Shown: in pieces, positions 51,002 through 60,850 of the stretch
Position numbering within the stretch: the stretch's first letter is position 1
Layout: each line of letters starts with the position of its first letter
Source: an uncultured Chthonomonadaceae bacterium
GTDB taxonomy: Bacteria > Armatimonadota > Chthonomonadetes > Chthonomonadales > Chthonomonadaceae
NCBI GenBank assembly: GCA_963817895.1
Contig: CAWFQB010000005.1
Span: 288,001 to 352,000, forward strand
DNA: 64,000 bases
Direction: 5' to 3'
Position numbers and translations under genes: made by a program
The notes under the pieces: model-generated
The model's database searches: none
The model's input: only the letters and a program-made list of their open reading frames with translations
Told to the model about the DNA's origin: nothing

Positions 51002-52143
51002 CTCACCTTACGCAGGCGCACTCATGCCTTTGAGCAGTTGTAGTTCGCGGTAGGCGCTGGCAAGGGCCGCTTTGTAGAGCCTGCCTTTCATCGCAAAATG
51101 GTTCAAGCGCGTCTGCAAACGCAGACTTTCCAACTTCACATACGCCCATAAACAGGCGAAGATATGGTTGCTCTGGGTCCGAATAGTTTTGGTCGGCGAC
51201 TTGGCGAAACTCGCATTGCTCTTGACCGATTTGTGATACTCTTCCACTTTCCACCGTTTTTGGTAGATCGTCTGGATGTCGCAACCGCTTAACGTCGTGT
51301 CACTCGTCACGAGATAGAGAACGCCCTGGCTGCCGTCCTTGTTTGTAAAGACCTGCTTACACAGCAGAAGGGGGAAGTTTACCCCCTCCAGCCAGATGTT
51401 CAATACGGCGTCCGCTTCGCAGCAAAGCGAGGATACGGGCATATAGCGGCCTGCCAACTTGTCTTCCTGGGACAAAGCCACCTTGCGGTTGGCCTTAATC
51501 GGGAAGATAAAGTCGGTTTTGCCTTCGTTTTTGAGGTGCATCATCGTTTCTGCCGCGCTGAACCAAGCGTCGGCCAGGACATAGCGAAAAGGCAATTGGT
51601 TCTTCTGACATTGCGCCACCATCTCGCGCAGGTATTCGTTCTTGGTCTTGGGACACACTCGCTTGGGTTTGCCCGTCTTCTTATGCGTTTCCCAAGCCGA
51701 CTTTTGGATCAACTCGAAGGCAACGGGCAGAGCGGCAGTGGGCGCGCGATACAAACAGGTCAGAATGTTGATGCCCTTCACGTTGCGGTTGAAGCAATGA
51801 TCCCAATGCCAGCAAATGAGTTCGCTTTCATCCGTATAGAGTTTTTCTTCGATGCTGTCATCGAAGACCAGAACTGCGTCTTCACATTGTACCTGCCGTA
51901 CCAAGGGTTTGACCAGATGCCACAGGTCCGAAGAAGTGAAGTCACGTCCTGACAAGAACCGCGTGATCTTGTCGTGGCTAATCGCGCCGTCGAGCAGGGT
52001 GGAAAGGCCCGTCGCGGTAGTCAGGCCGAACGAACAAAGGAGATAGTCTGAGTAAAGGTCCAGAAGTTGTTTGTCCATGACACTATTCTACCGTCAACAA
52101 CAGCAAATCTGTGACTACAAACTGCTCGCCTGCGTAAGGTGAG
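51002..52143 (-). mobile_element. Complete IS701-like insertion sequence with 17-bp TIRs and 8-bp direct repeat
   Basis: CTCACCTTACGCAGGCG at 51002-51018 is inverted at 52127-52143. TGAAGTAA flanks both ends (50994-51001 and 52144-52151). Confidence 0.92.
51008..52078 (-). CDS. DDE transposase (IS701 family-like)
   Basis: SHDKITRFL, VFDDSIEEK, VLADAWFS and YQKRWKVEEYHKSVK. Confidence 0.93.
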   Translation of the reverse strand: MDKQLLDLYSDYLLCSFGLTTATGLSTLLDGAISHDKITRFLSGRDFTSSDLWHLVKPLVRQVQCEDAVLVFDDSIEEKLYTDESELICWHWDHCFNRNVKGINILTCLYRAPTAALPVAFELIQKSAWETHKKTGKPKRVCPKTKNEYLREMVAQCQKNQLPFRYVLADAWFSAAETMMHLKNEGKTDFIFPIKANRKVALSQEDKLAGRYMPVSSLCCEADAVLNIWLEGVNFPLLLCKQVFTNKDGSQGVLYLVTSDTTLSGCDIQTIYQKRWKVEEYHKSVKSNASFAKSPTKTIRTQSNHIFACLWAYVKLESLRLQTRLNHFAMKGRLYKAALASAYRELQLLKGMSAPA

Positions 52144-52208
52144 TGAAGTAAGTAGTAAGTAGTAAGTAGTTGATAGCTCCCACCTTTCCATCAACTATCA
52201 ACTATCAA

Positions 52209-52646
52209 CTACTTACTCTCCTGTTCAAACGCGCGCAGGGCTTGCAGCATCAGGGGCAACAGCATGTCGCTGGTGACGGGTTTGATGACATAGCCGCTGA
52301 CGCCCAGATCGGCGGCCTGCGAACGGTATTCCTCGTCACTGAAAGCCGTCAGCATCACGATGCACAGCCGCGCTTCGGCCAGAATACGCCGCGTGGCCTC
52401 CATGCCGTCCATGATGGGCATACGCACATCCATCAGCACGATGTCGGGGCGTTCGCGCAGGGCCAGTTCCGACCCGTCGCGCCCGTTGATGGCCGTGCCG
52501 ATAATCACCAGACCGGCGTGGGTAAGAGTGCGCCGCAGTTGCATTTGCGTGACGCCCTCGTCCTCCACGATGATAACGCGCCTGCCGTTGAGTTCCCGCC
52601 GCGCCTCCTCCAGAGTTATCTGCGGCCCGGTCGTAATACTCTCCAC
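52209..52646 (-). CDS. Single-domain response regulator (PdtaR/AmiR-like receiver without ANTAR); start uncertain (GTG 52646 or ATG 52736)
   Basis: IIVEDE, PDIVLMDVRMP.MDG, MLTAFS and GYVIKPV. Confidence 0.88.
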   Translation of the reverse strand: MESITTGPQITLEEARRELNGRRVIIVEDEGVTQMQLRRTLTHAGLVIIGTAINGRDGSELALRERPDIVLMDVRMPIMDGMEATRRILAEARLCIVMLTAFSDEEYRSQAADLGVSGYVIKPVTSDMLLPLMLQALRAFEQESK

Positions 52647-52650
52647 GCTT

Positions 52651-55478
52651 TCAAGCGGCGTCAGGATATTCAGGGAAGGTGATGGCGACTCGCCCCCCCC
52701 CGGCTGTGACGGACCGGACTGGCTGGCCTGAACCATTGGAAGCCGCCGGACTGATGTAGCCGGTGTCGCCTGCCGGGTCGGTTTCCGTTCCCGGGTTGCT
52801 GGTTCCCGCGCCGAACTCGAGGTGGCCCTGCAAGTCGCTTTCCGTAAGGGTGCGGACGAGTTCGAGGCCAAGATTGGCGTCGTGGAAGATGTTGAAGTCG
52901 GGCGCGAAGCCCCGTCCGGGGTCGGTGACGACGAGGACGGCCTGGCCTTCGCTATGGCGCAATTGGATGAGGATGGCATTTTGTGGCTTTGGCTCCTGAG
53001 ATCGTTCCAGTCGGGCAGATTTAGATGAAAGACGAGATGGCGCGGCATTAGCCGGCAGCGCATTGGAAATCGGCTGACCGTGCTGCTGCGCGTTGCTGAC
53101 CAGTTCCGTGACAATCAGCGCAAGCGAAATGGCGACTTTGGCCGGGACAACCAGCGTGTCGGCGTCCAGTTCCAGCGGCAGCGCGCCCGGAATACTGCGG
53201 TAAGTGGCTTGCAGCAGGTCTACCAGCCGCTGGAGCGCGTTCCCGGCATCCACCTCGTTGAAGTCCGTATCCTGCGTCAGCAGGTCATGCACGATGGCGA
53301 TGGCTTTGATCTGATACAGGCGGGCGCGCACGGCTTCGGAGGGAACCGCGTCGCCGCAGGCGTCCAGTTCCATTTCGATGAGCGCGGACACCTTTTGCAG
53401 ATTGTTCTTGATGCGGTGGTGCGCCTCCTGAATGGCGACAAGCAACTGTTTGTTGCGCCGCTCCACCATACTTTCGTGTCGCTGCGCCTCCTCCCGCGCG
53501 TGTTCCGCCGACAGGCGCGCGGTTTGCGCTTCCTGAAGAGCGATTTGCAGCGCGCGCTTGCCGGTCCGTCACCTCTATCGCCAGCATTTCCAGGCTCTGC
53601 TGCTGCGTGGCGACTTCAGATTGCAGGGTCTGACGAGCGCGTTTCATCGCGACAAGATTGGTCACGCGGGCGCGCAATTCCTCGGGCGCGAACGGCTTCA
53701 TCAGATAGTCCTGCGCGCCGGTTCGCAGCAGGCGAACCCGCAGGTCGTCATCGGCTTTGGCGGTCAGCAGCAGAATCGGCAGATTATCCAGTTGCGGGTG
53801 CGTCCGCAGTTCCGCCACCATCTGATCGCCGCTTTTACCCGGCATCATAATGTCGCTCAATATCAGGTCGGGACGCAGTTCCAATGCGCGTTCCAGCCCC
53901 TCATTCGCCATTGTACGCCGCTTCAGTGCGATACGCGGGCGACAACGTTTGCGAAATAAATCGGCTCATTTCGCGATTGTCTTCCACGATCAGAACCAGC
54001 GGCTGCCCCGTATTCTGCGTAATGGCTTCGGCTTCTTCCCGCGCCCGCAGCTCGTCCAGCGTTTGTATCATCACATTGTCGAGCGATCCGGGTAGCGCGG
54101 AAGCCGGAACCGACGCGACCACATTCCACGCCGAGCCATGACCGGGAGGAGCGGACGGCACGCCTTCGGCAACCTCCCCGGCGGCATTATCCGTCGCTAT
54201 CGAATGTCCGTCACTTGTTCCCACATCAACGTTAGGATTTTCCGTCCGTGTTGTATTCTTGCTATCGCCAGCTTCATCGGCAGGTGGAGTTACCGTCACG
54301 CCCTCCGGCGCGAAAATGGGAATCCGCATCCGAAACAACGCGCCGCCGCCCGGAGCCTCGCGCAGGGTAACGGCTCCCCCGTGCAATTCAACAAAATCTT
54401 TGACGATGGCAAGCCCTAATCCGGTTCCCTCATGTTGGCGCGTGGCGGAAGCGTCCGCCTGCCGGAAACGGTCGAAAATGGCTTCCCGCAGCTCATCGGG
54501 AACGCCCGGCCCGTTGTCCTGCACTTCAATGGCGACATCGGTATCCTCATAAGCCATTCGGCAAACGATTTGCCCCCCGGCGGGAACGAACTTGACCGCG
54601 TTGGAGAACAGGTTCAGCAGGACGCGCTGCATTTTGTCGCCGTCCAACTGCGCCACCAGCGTCGGGGGCGCGTCCAGCGTAAAGGTCAAGCCGCGTTCGG
54701 CAATCACGGACTCAAAATGGGACGCGAGGACGTGGGCGGTTTGCGCCAAATCTACTTCCGCGTAGCGTACCTTCATTTTGCCCGCTTCCATGCGCGCGAT
54801 GTCCAGCAGGTCATTGACGTGTTTAAGGACGGTTCGGGCGTTACGGGAAACCACTTCCAGGTCGCGGCGCTGCGTGTCGGTGAGATTATCCCCGGCCAGC
54901 ACGTTGCTGATCGGCCCCAGTATCAGAGCAAGCGGGGTGCGCAGTTCGTGGCTGACGTTGGCGAAAAACTCCGACTTCAGGCGATCCACTTCCTTGACCT
55001 GCTCGTACAGCGTGTTCAGTTCGCTGTTTTTATGCGATAATTCCTCCCGCAACTCGGCGATCATGTGCGGGCCTTCCACAATCAGGGAAAACTTGTTGTG
55101 ATGGGCGAGAAATATCCAGGCGGGAATAGTCGTCAGCCAGTGCCACATCGTTTCAAAGCGGTATCCGGGCCACAGCACTGTGGTGATTCCCGCCAGGAAA
55201 TGCCCGCCCGAGCAGGTGACAAAAATGCCGAGCAGGGCGTTGCCCATGAGTGTGCGGGGAATGTGCGACGTGCGCTTCATGCGCTGCCAGATGAGCAGGG
55301 AAACCAGGGCATACGCCAGCGCGATCACCCAGTTGGCTCCCACATACGCTCCGACCCAGATATGGTCGCCCAGAAAGCAACCGCTGTGGGGCGCGTAGCC
55401 GTTGCCGGCAAGCCACTGGACAAATTGCAGCCAGAACCCGCCCGCGCTGGACGGCAATGGCATGGAATCGTGGTTCAT
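52651..55478 (-). CDS. Hybrid sensor kinase: 3-TM ethylene-receptor-like sensor + HisKA/HATPase + receiver + HisKA_2/HATPase; frameshifts near 53910 and 53563
   Basis: FFANVSHELRTPL, NLFSNAVKF, DNGPG, GTGLGL; LIVEDN...PDLILSDIMMP; EAHHRIKNNLQ, ELVSNA, DPGRG, LGLELV. GAGGT RBS before ATG 55478. Confidence 0.85.
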
Positions 55479-55812
55479 AGATACCTCTAAAGAAGACAAC
55501 CTGAAGAGATTGCATCAAGGCAAACCGATACGTGGAGCGACAAAGCGGCCAGATTAAGAACGTGTAAGCTGTTGAAAACGAAACCTGCGCTGTTCGCCAA
55601 TCCTGCTATTACGCATAAACCGCGTAAATTCCTGCATAGATTTGGCATACCTTAACCTCTCGCCGAAAAAAGTAGGGGAAGAGATTAATATTGCTTTAAG
55701 AGCCTATCGCCATAGGCCGGGTACTGAAAGTACCCGGCAGGAAAGTGCAAGCGTCTTTCAGACGCGGAGACCACACTTATTGGGATAGGCTCTTCGAGCA
55801 GGGGCTGAAGAG

Positions 55813-56202
55813 TTACGGGGTTACGGTCAATTGTTGAACATAGGCGCGTAGAGCCTCTAGTTGAGCAGACGAAAGGCGGTTCTGGAAAGCCGGCATTTGT
55901 CCCCGCCCGGTCAAAACAAGATGGTTCCAATCTGACGAGGAAAGCGCGTTGGCCGCGCTCAGGCGCATGGCCGGGGTCGCGCCGCTGCGGTCATTACGCC
56001 CATCCGCGCCGTGACAACTGACGCAATAGGTTGTATATAATGCCTGACCGTCCGGCTGTTCGGCAGCCGGTTTCGATGGCGCGCAGCCTGCAATGATAAT
56101 GCAAGCAAAGCCTACTACGTAAACCGGCATACAAAATGCCGGACATGCAGGCATCCAGCCAATCGTCCTGCGGACGAGGAATAGAGTATGAGGCTTGTTC
56201 AT
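55813..56202 (-). CDS. Class I c-type cytochrome, probable lipoprotein
   Basis: IIAGC lipobox, LY...CVSCHG (CxxCH) and GRGQMPAF (axial Met). Confidence 0.88.
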   Translation of the reverse strand: MNKPHTLFLVRRTIGWMPACPAFCMPVYVVGFACIIIAGCAPSKPAAEQPDGQALYTTYCVSCHGADGRNDRSGATPAMRLSAANALSSSDWNHLVLTGRGQMPAFQNRLSSAQLEALRAYVQQLTVTP

Positions 56203-56418
56203 GTCTTGAAACCTGCTCAATTGGTTGCGGTAGCAGACGGTTTACTCCGACTCAATGCACTGAGGCATATATACGCTGAGAGTTTTTCGTCCGCAGGGCA
56301 ATTGGCCGCAGGCCTGCGTATCCGGCAAAAAGATTTAGATGGTACAGGCTGGTTGGCGCAGCAACAAAATGAATCCCCGGTCGCAGACCGGTTGGCGGAA
56401 CGCCCATAGCCGGGGCGT

Positions 56419-58356
56419 TCACACCTCTGAGGCGCAACGAAACCCGACCTCAGCACTCCTGTATACATGCTCGTGCTTGAAACGGTATGCGGCGCGGAAG
56501 TTTAAAGTATCAGTGTAGGGAAGGCGCCACGAGCCGCCCCGCACGACGCGGGACCTGGCCCGCTCTGGCCTCTGTGGGTTCTTATTCGGCAGGTTTTTGT
56601 AGTAATCAGCGACGTGCCAGTCCGCGCACCACTGCCAGACATTTCCGGCCATGTCCAATAAGCCATAGGGACTTGCTCCGCCTGGGAAACTACCTACCGG
56701 AGCCGTGCGGCCTGCATCGCCGTAACTCTTGTTAGAACACTGTAAGCGGCTATTGTCCCATTCATTGCCCCAGGGATATTTACGACCATCCACGCCCCTC
56801 GCCGCTTTTTCCCACTGCGCTTCTGTCGGCAAATACCCGCCCGCCCACTTACAGTAAGCGCTCGCGTCCTCCCAATCCACATTCACCATCGGATGGTCGT
56901 CCTTCCAGTCCAACTCAACTCGCTTACTCCCCAAATACCCACTGAGCTTGTCCGGCATTTTACGATGTGTGCTGTTACAGAACTCGCGGTACTGTGCCAC
57001 TGTCACCAGATTTTTGTAGATGTAGTAGGCATCCAGATTTACGGTATGGCGTGGATTATATTTCAGGCCGTCGTCACCCATCAGGAACTCGCCTGCGGGA
57101 ATCAAAATCATCTCCGCGCCGTCTTTGGGATTGAGCTTTGTCGCCGGGTTTAGTTTCGACGGCTCCGGCACACTTTGCACAGGTACGCTATCCCCGGCAG
57201 GGGCGTTTTTCGGCGTTATCGAACTGAAATGGCCTGCCACGCTCACATTGAGTTTGCGGCGTGGCTTGACCCATTGCTTCGGGAAAGACGGAGGAACGAC
57301 AGCAGGCATAGACATAGGAGGCAAAGGCGGCACATCGGTAACTTCATACTCTTCTGGCTCAACCGATTTCGGAGTATCTGTAGAGATTATCCCTGCCGCT
57401 ATCGGCTCCGGCGCATGGTCGCCACCCCGTATTCCCTTTACCGTATCCAACGCGTTGTCCAACGCCCGCCGGTAGGCCGTTGTCGGAACCTGATACGGCA
57501 GCAGCCCTTGTACCTGGTGGAGAAAGTACCAGCGGGCGGGCAAGGGTGTCGGCTCCAGATACACCACTACAAAGTGACAGGCGTTGCTCTGTCCGCTTTT
57601 CTTCCACCGCTCGAACCCTATGTACACTTCCGCGAACACCTCAACGGAAGCAGCGGCGCGAGGCGTGAGAAACAACAAAAACACGGCGCACTTTTCCAGC
57701 GCGTCCCCGATGGAACCGCGCCAGTTGCTTCCGATGGGAATGCCCTGATCGTACCAGATACGATAGCCCGCCTGATGCAGTCGCCGGATTTGCGGGAACA
57801 CAAGGGCGCTGTCCTTATGCGAGTAACTGACGAAAATGAACGGCTTCTCGCCAAGATAGGCGTCAAACGGCGTCTGCGCCTGCGTTGCTTCCGGCAGCAC
57901 GCGGCGCAGTCCCTCATGGTACAGGGCTTCGCTCAATGCATGGCGGTGAAGCGATGTCTGATCGTGTAACAGCCGTTTCAAGACCGGTTTGGGTTCCGTC
58001 GGCTCCAGATACACCGCTGCAATCGGCCTGGCCTCGTCAACGGCAAGTTGGATTTCATGGCGTGCGTTTCCAAATCCGGCCAGACGGGGAGAGACAAATA
58101 CCAGGAACAGCGAACAGTTCAGGATCGCCGTTTCTACCGCAGCCGTTCGCGCGTCCCCGGTTGCCGTGCCGTCGTCGTACCACACGCGATACCCTGCCTG
58201 ATGCAGACGCAACAGTTCCGGGTATACAAGGGCGCGGTCTTCCGGCGCGTGGCTGACAATAATGTAGGGTTCGTTGCCCACATAGGCTGTGAAAGGCGGA
58301 GACGGCTCATCCATTGGTGGCGTATCGTTCATAACAACTGTACTCACTTCAATCAT
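56419..58356 (-). CDS. Tandem TIR-TIR + formylglycine-generating-enzyme (FGE-sulfatase/CLec) domain protein
   Basis: Two repeats of AY.G..P.I.VS[HY]...D...V.P...RLHQAGYR.WYD.G. Then IPAGEFLMG, DHPMVNVDWEDA, LPTEAQWEKAARG, DMAGNVWQW, RGGSW and GFRCA. Confidence 0.92.
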   Translation of the reverse strand: MIEVSTVVMNDTPPMDEPSPPFTAYVGNEPYIIVSHAPEDRALVYPELLRLHQAGYRVWYDDGTATGDARTAAVETAILNCSLFLVFVSPRLAGFGNARHEIQLAVDEARPIAAVYLEPTEPKPVLKRLLHDQTSLHRHALSEALYHEGLRRVLPEATQAQTPFDAYLGEKPFIFVSYSHKDSALVFPQIRRLHQAGYRIWYDQGIPIGSNWRGSIGDALEKCAVFLLFLTPRAAASVEVFAEVYIGFERWKKSGQSNACHFVVVYLEPTPLPARWYFLHQVQGLLPYQVPTTAYRRALDNALDTVKGIRGGDHAPEPIAAGIISTDTPKSVEPEEYEVTDVPPLPPMSMPAVVPPSFPKQWVKPRRKLNVSVAGHFSSITPKNAPAGDSVPVQSVPEPSKLNPATKLNPKDGAEMILIPAGEFLMGDDGLKYNPRHTVNLDAYYIYKNLVTVAQYREFCNSTHRKMPDKLSGYLGSKRVELDWKDDHPMVNVDWEDASAYCKWAGGYLPTEAQWEKAARGVDGRKYPWGNEWDNSRLQCSNKSYGDAGRTAPVGSFPGGASPYGLLDMAGNVWQWCADWHVADYYKNLPNKNPQRPERARSRVVRGGSWRLPYTDTLNFRAAYRFKHEHVYRSAEVGFRCASEV

Positions 58357-58610
58357 TAGAAATCTTGCGCGCTATTATTCTATTCGCCGCGAAAAACGGG
58401 AATCCCTGCCTTTTTTGAGAAGTTGGAGAAGTTTTGGCTGTGGACAGAAACCGGTAAAATCAGATACAATAACAGAACGCGGACAGGCAAACAAATTATT
58501 CGCGTTCATTCGCGTGTATTCGCGGCTATTTTCAAGTCTTTTGGCTTGACAGCGCAACCTCTCCGGCGGTTGCGCTGTCCTATCTATACTATTTTCAACA
58601 GGAGGTTGCA

Positions 58611-60440
58611 ATGGCAGGCAACTGGCAGCGTACCATCAACTGTGGCGCGCTCACGGCGGCAAATGACGGCACTACAGTGACGCTCAACGGATGGGTTCAC
58701 CGGCAGCGCGATTTCGGCGATCTGGTTTTCATTGACCTGCGGGATCGAACCGGACTGGTGCAGGTCGTGATTGATAAAAACGACGTTCCCGAACTGGTCG
58801 CCCTTGCCGGCAGCCTGCGCAGCGAAACCGTGCTGAGTGTGCGCGGCGTGGTTCGAAAACGCGCGCCGGGACGCGAAAACCCCAAACTGGCAACGGGCGA
58901 AATCGAAGTGGCGGCGCAGTCCATTGACGTGCTGAACGCTTCCAAAACCCTGCCGTTTCCGGTCAGCGACGAAGAGCAGATGGTCAACGTAGACGAAACT
59001 CTGCGCCTGAAGCATCGCTATATTGACCTGCGCCGTCCCAAAATGTACCAGATGCTCGAATTGCGGCACAAAGCCATTAAAATCATTCGGGACGTGATGG
59101 ACGCGCAGGGCTTTCTCGAAATCGAAACGCCCATTTTCACCAAAAGCACGCCCGAGGGCGCGCGGGATTATCTGGTTCCGTACCGCCTTCAGCCGGGGCA
59201 GTTTTATGCCCTGCCCCAATCGCCGCAGCAGTACAAGCAGCTGCTGATGGTGGCCGGCTGCGAACGGTATTTCCAGATCGCGCGCTGTTTCCGCGACGAG
59301 GCGCAGCGGGCGGACAGGCAGCCGGAGTTTACCCAACTCGACGTGGAAATGTCGTTCGTGACGCAGGAAGACGTGTTGCAGATCATCGAGCAGGTAACAA
59401 CGGAAGTGGTCAGCCGGGTCAGTACAAAAACGATGGTCACGCCGTTTCCGCGCCTGACGTATGACGAGGCGTTTCGCTTATACGGCAACGACAAGCCGGA
59501 TATGCGCTTCGGCCTGACGCTGGTGGATCTGGGCGACATTGTGGCGGCATCGGGTTTTAGCGTGTTTCAATCGGCATTGGAGGGTGGCGGGCAAATCAAG
59601 GCCGTTCGCTATCCCGGCGGCGCAAGCCTGTCGCGCAAGGAAGTGGACACGCTAGGCGAATTCTGCAAGGAGTTCGGCGCTAAGGGACTGGCGACGATTG
59701 CCGTAACCGACCGGAACGCGACTCCGCTTTCATCCGGCGTGAAATCCGCGATTGCCAAGTTTCTGACCGAGGAGCAGTTGGAGCAGGTACTCGCGGCGTG
59801 TGAGGCGGAGACGGGCGACCTGATCGGCATCATCGCCGACCCGAAAAAGTCGGTTGTCGCCAATGTCCTGTCGCGGCTGCGGCTTGAAATCGGGCGGCGT
59901 TTGGGGTTGCGCGACCCGAACAAGCTGACGTTCTGCCTGGTCACAGACTTTCCGCTCGTGCAGTGGAACGAGGACGAGCAGCGTTGGGACGCGGAACACC
60001 ACCCGTTCACCATGCCCTACGAGGAGCATCTGCAATACTTCGACACCGATCCGGGCAAAATCCGGGCGCAGTGTTACGACCTTGTGTGCAACGGGCAGGA
60101 ATCGGCGTCGGGCAGTATTCGTATCCATCGCCCCGACATACAGGCGCGGGTTTTCGACCTGTTGGGCATCAGCAAGGAAAAGCAGCAGGAGCGGTTCGCG
60201 CACATTCTGGAAGCGTTTTCTTTCGGAGCGCCGCCGCACGGAGGGTTCGCGTCGGGCATTGACCGCCTGATTATGAACCTGCTGGATGAGCCGAACATCC
60301 GCGAAGTAATGGCGTTCCCGAAAATGGGAGCGGGCTTTGACCCGCTGATGGACGCGCCCTCCGACGTGGACGAAGCGCAGTTGCAGGAACTCGGCCTGCG
60401 CATCGTGCCGCATAAAAAAGAGAGTCAGGAAAAAGGTTAG
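58611..60440 (+). CDS. aspS: Aspartate--tRNA ligase
   Basis: FIDLRDRTG, TPEGARDYLVP, LPQSPQ.YKQLLM, ARCFRDE..RADRQPEFTQLD, HHPFT and GAPPHGG. AGGAGG RBS. Confidence 0.98.
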   Translation: MAGNWQRTINCGALTAANDGTTVTLNGWVHRQRDFGDLVFIDLRDRTGLVQVVIDKNDVPELVALAGSLRSETVLSVRGVVRKRAPGRENPKLATGEIEVAAQSIDVLNASKTLPFPVSDEEQMVNVDETLRLKHRYIDLRRPKMYQMLELRHKAIKIIRDVMDAQGFLEIETPIFTKSTPEGARDYLVPYRLQPGQFYALPQSPQQYKQLLMVAGCERYFQIARCFRDEAQRADRQPEFTQLDVEMSFVTQEDVLQIIEQVTTEVVSRVSTKTMVTPFPRLTYDEAFRLYGNDKPDMRFGLTLVDLGDIVAASGFSVFQSALEGGGQIKAVRYPGGASLSRKEVDTLGEFCKEFGAKGLATIAVTDRNATPLSSGVKSAIAKFLTEEQLEQVLAACEAETGDLIGIIADPKKSVVANVLSRLRLEIGRRLGLRDPNKLTFCLVTDFPLVQWNEDEQRWDAEHHPFTMPYEEHLQYFDTDPGKIRAQCYDLVCNGQESASGSIRIHRPDIQARVFDLLGISKEKQQERFAHILEAFSFGAPPHGGFASGIDRLIMNLLDEPNIREVMAFPKMGAGFDPLMDAPSDVDEAQLQELGLRIVPHKKESQEKG

Positions 60441-60850
60441 CCGCGAAACCGCGCGAATGAACGCGAATAGCAGAAAACAAGAACCCGCAACAGAAAACTG
60501 CCTTCTGTCTGCGGTTTCTTGCTACTTGCACAACTGAGGGATGCAAAATCCGATACAATTCAAGTGTCACTGCCTGAATCCTGCTAGGCTAAGAAAGCAG
60601 GCAATTTGATTGCTGCGGCGCGGTTTTCCTTCGTTCCTTTTCCTGCCCTCCCGTAAATTTCACATAATTTTCAAATTAGAGCCGATTCTAACGACATTGG
60701 CACGAATCTTGCAAGTAACTCTTCAGGCGTATTCTGAATGTATTGTGTTTCTCCATGTCAAGAGAATAGACTGGCCTCTTCGGAATGTTTTTCCTACAGA
60801 GATTTCAGGTTTATGTCGCGAAAACGCGCGTTTGCAGGGTATAACTTTTT

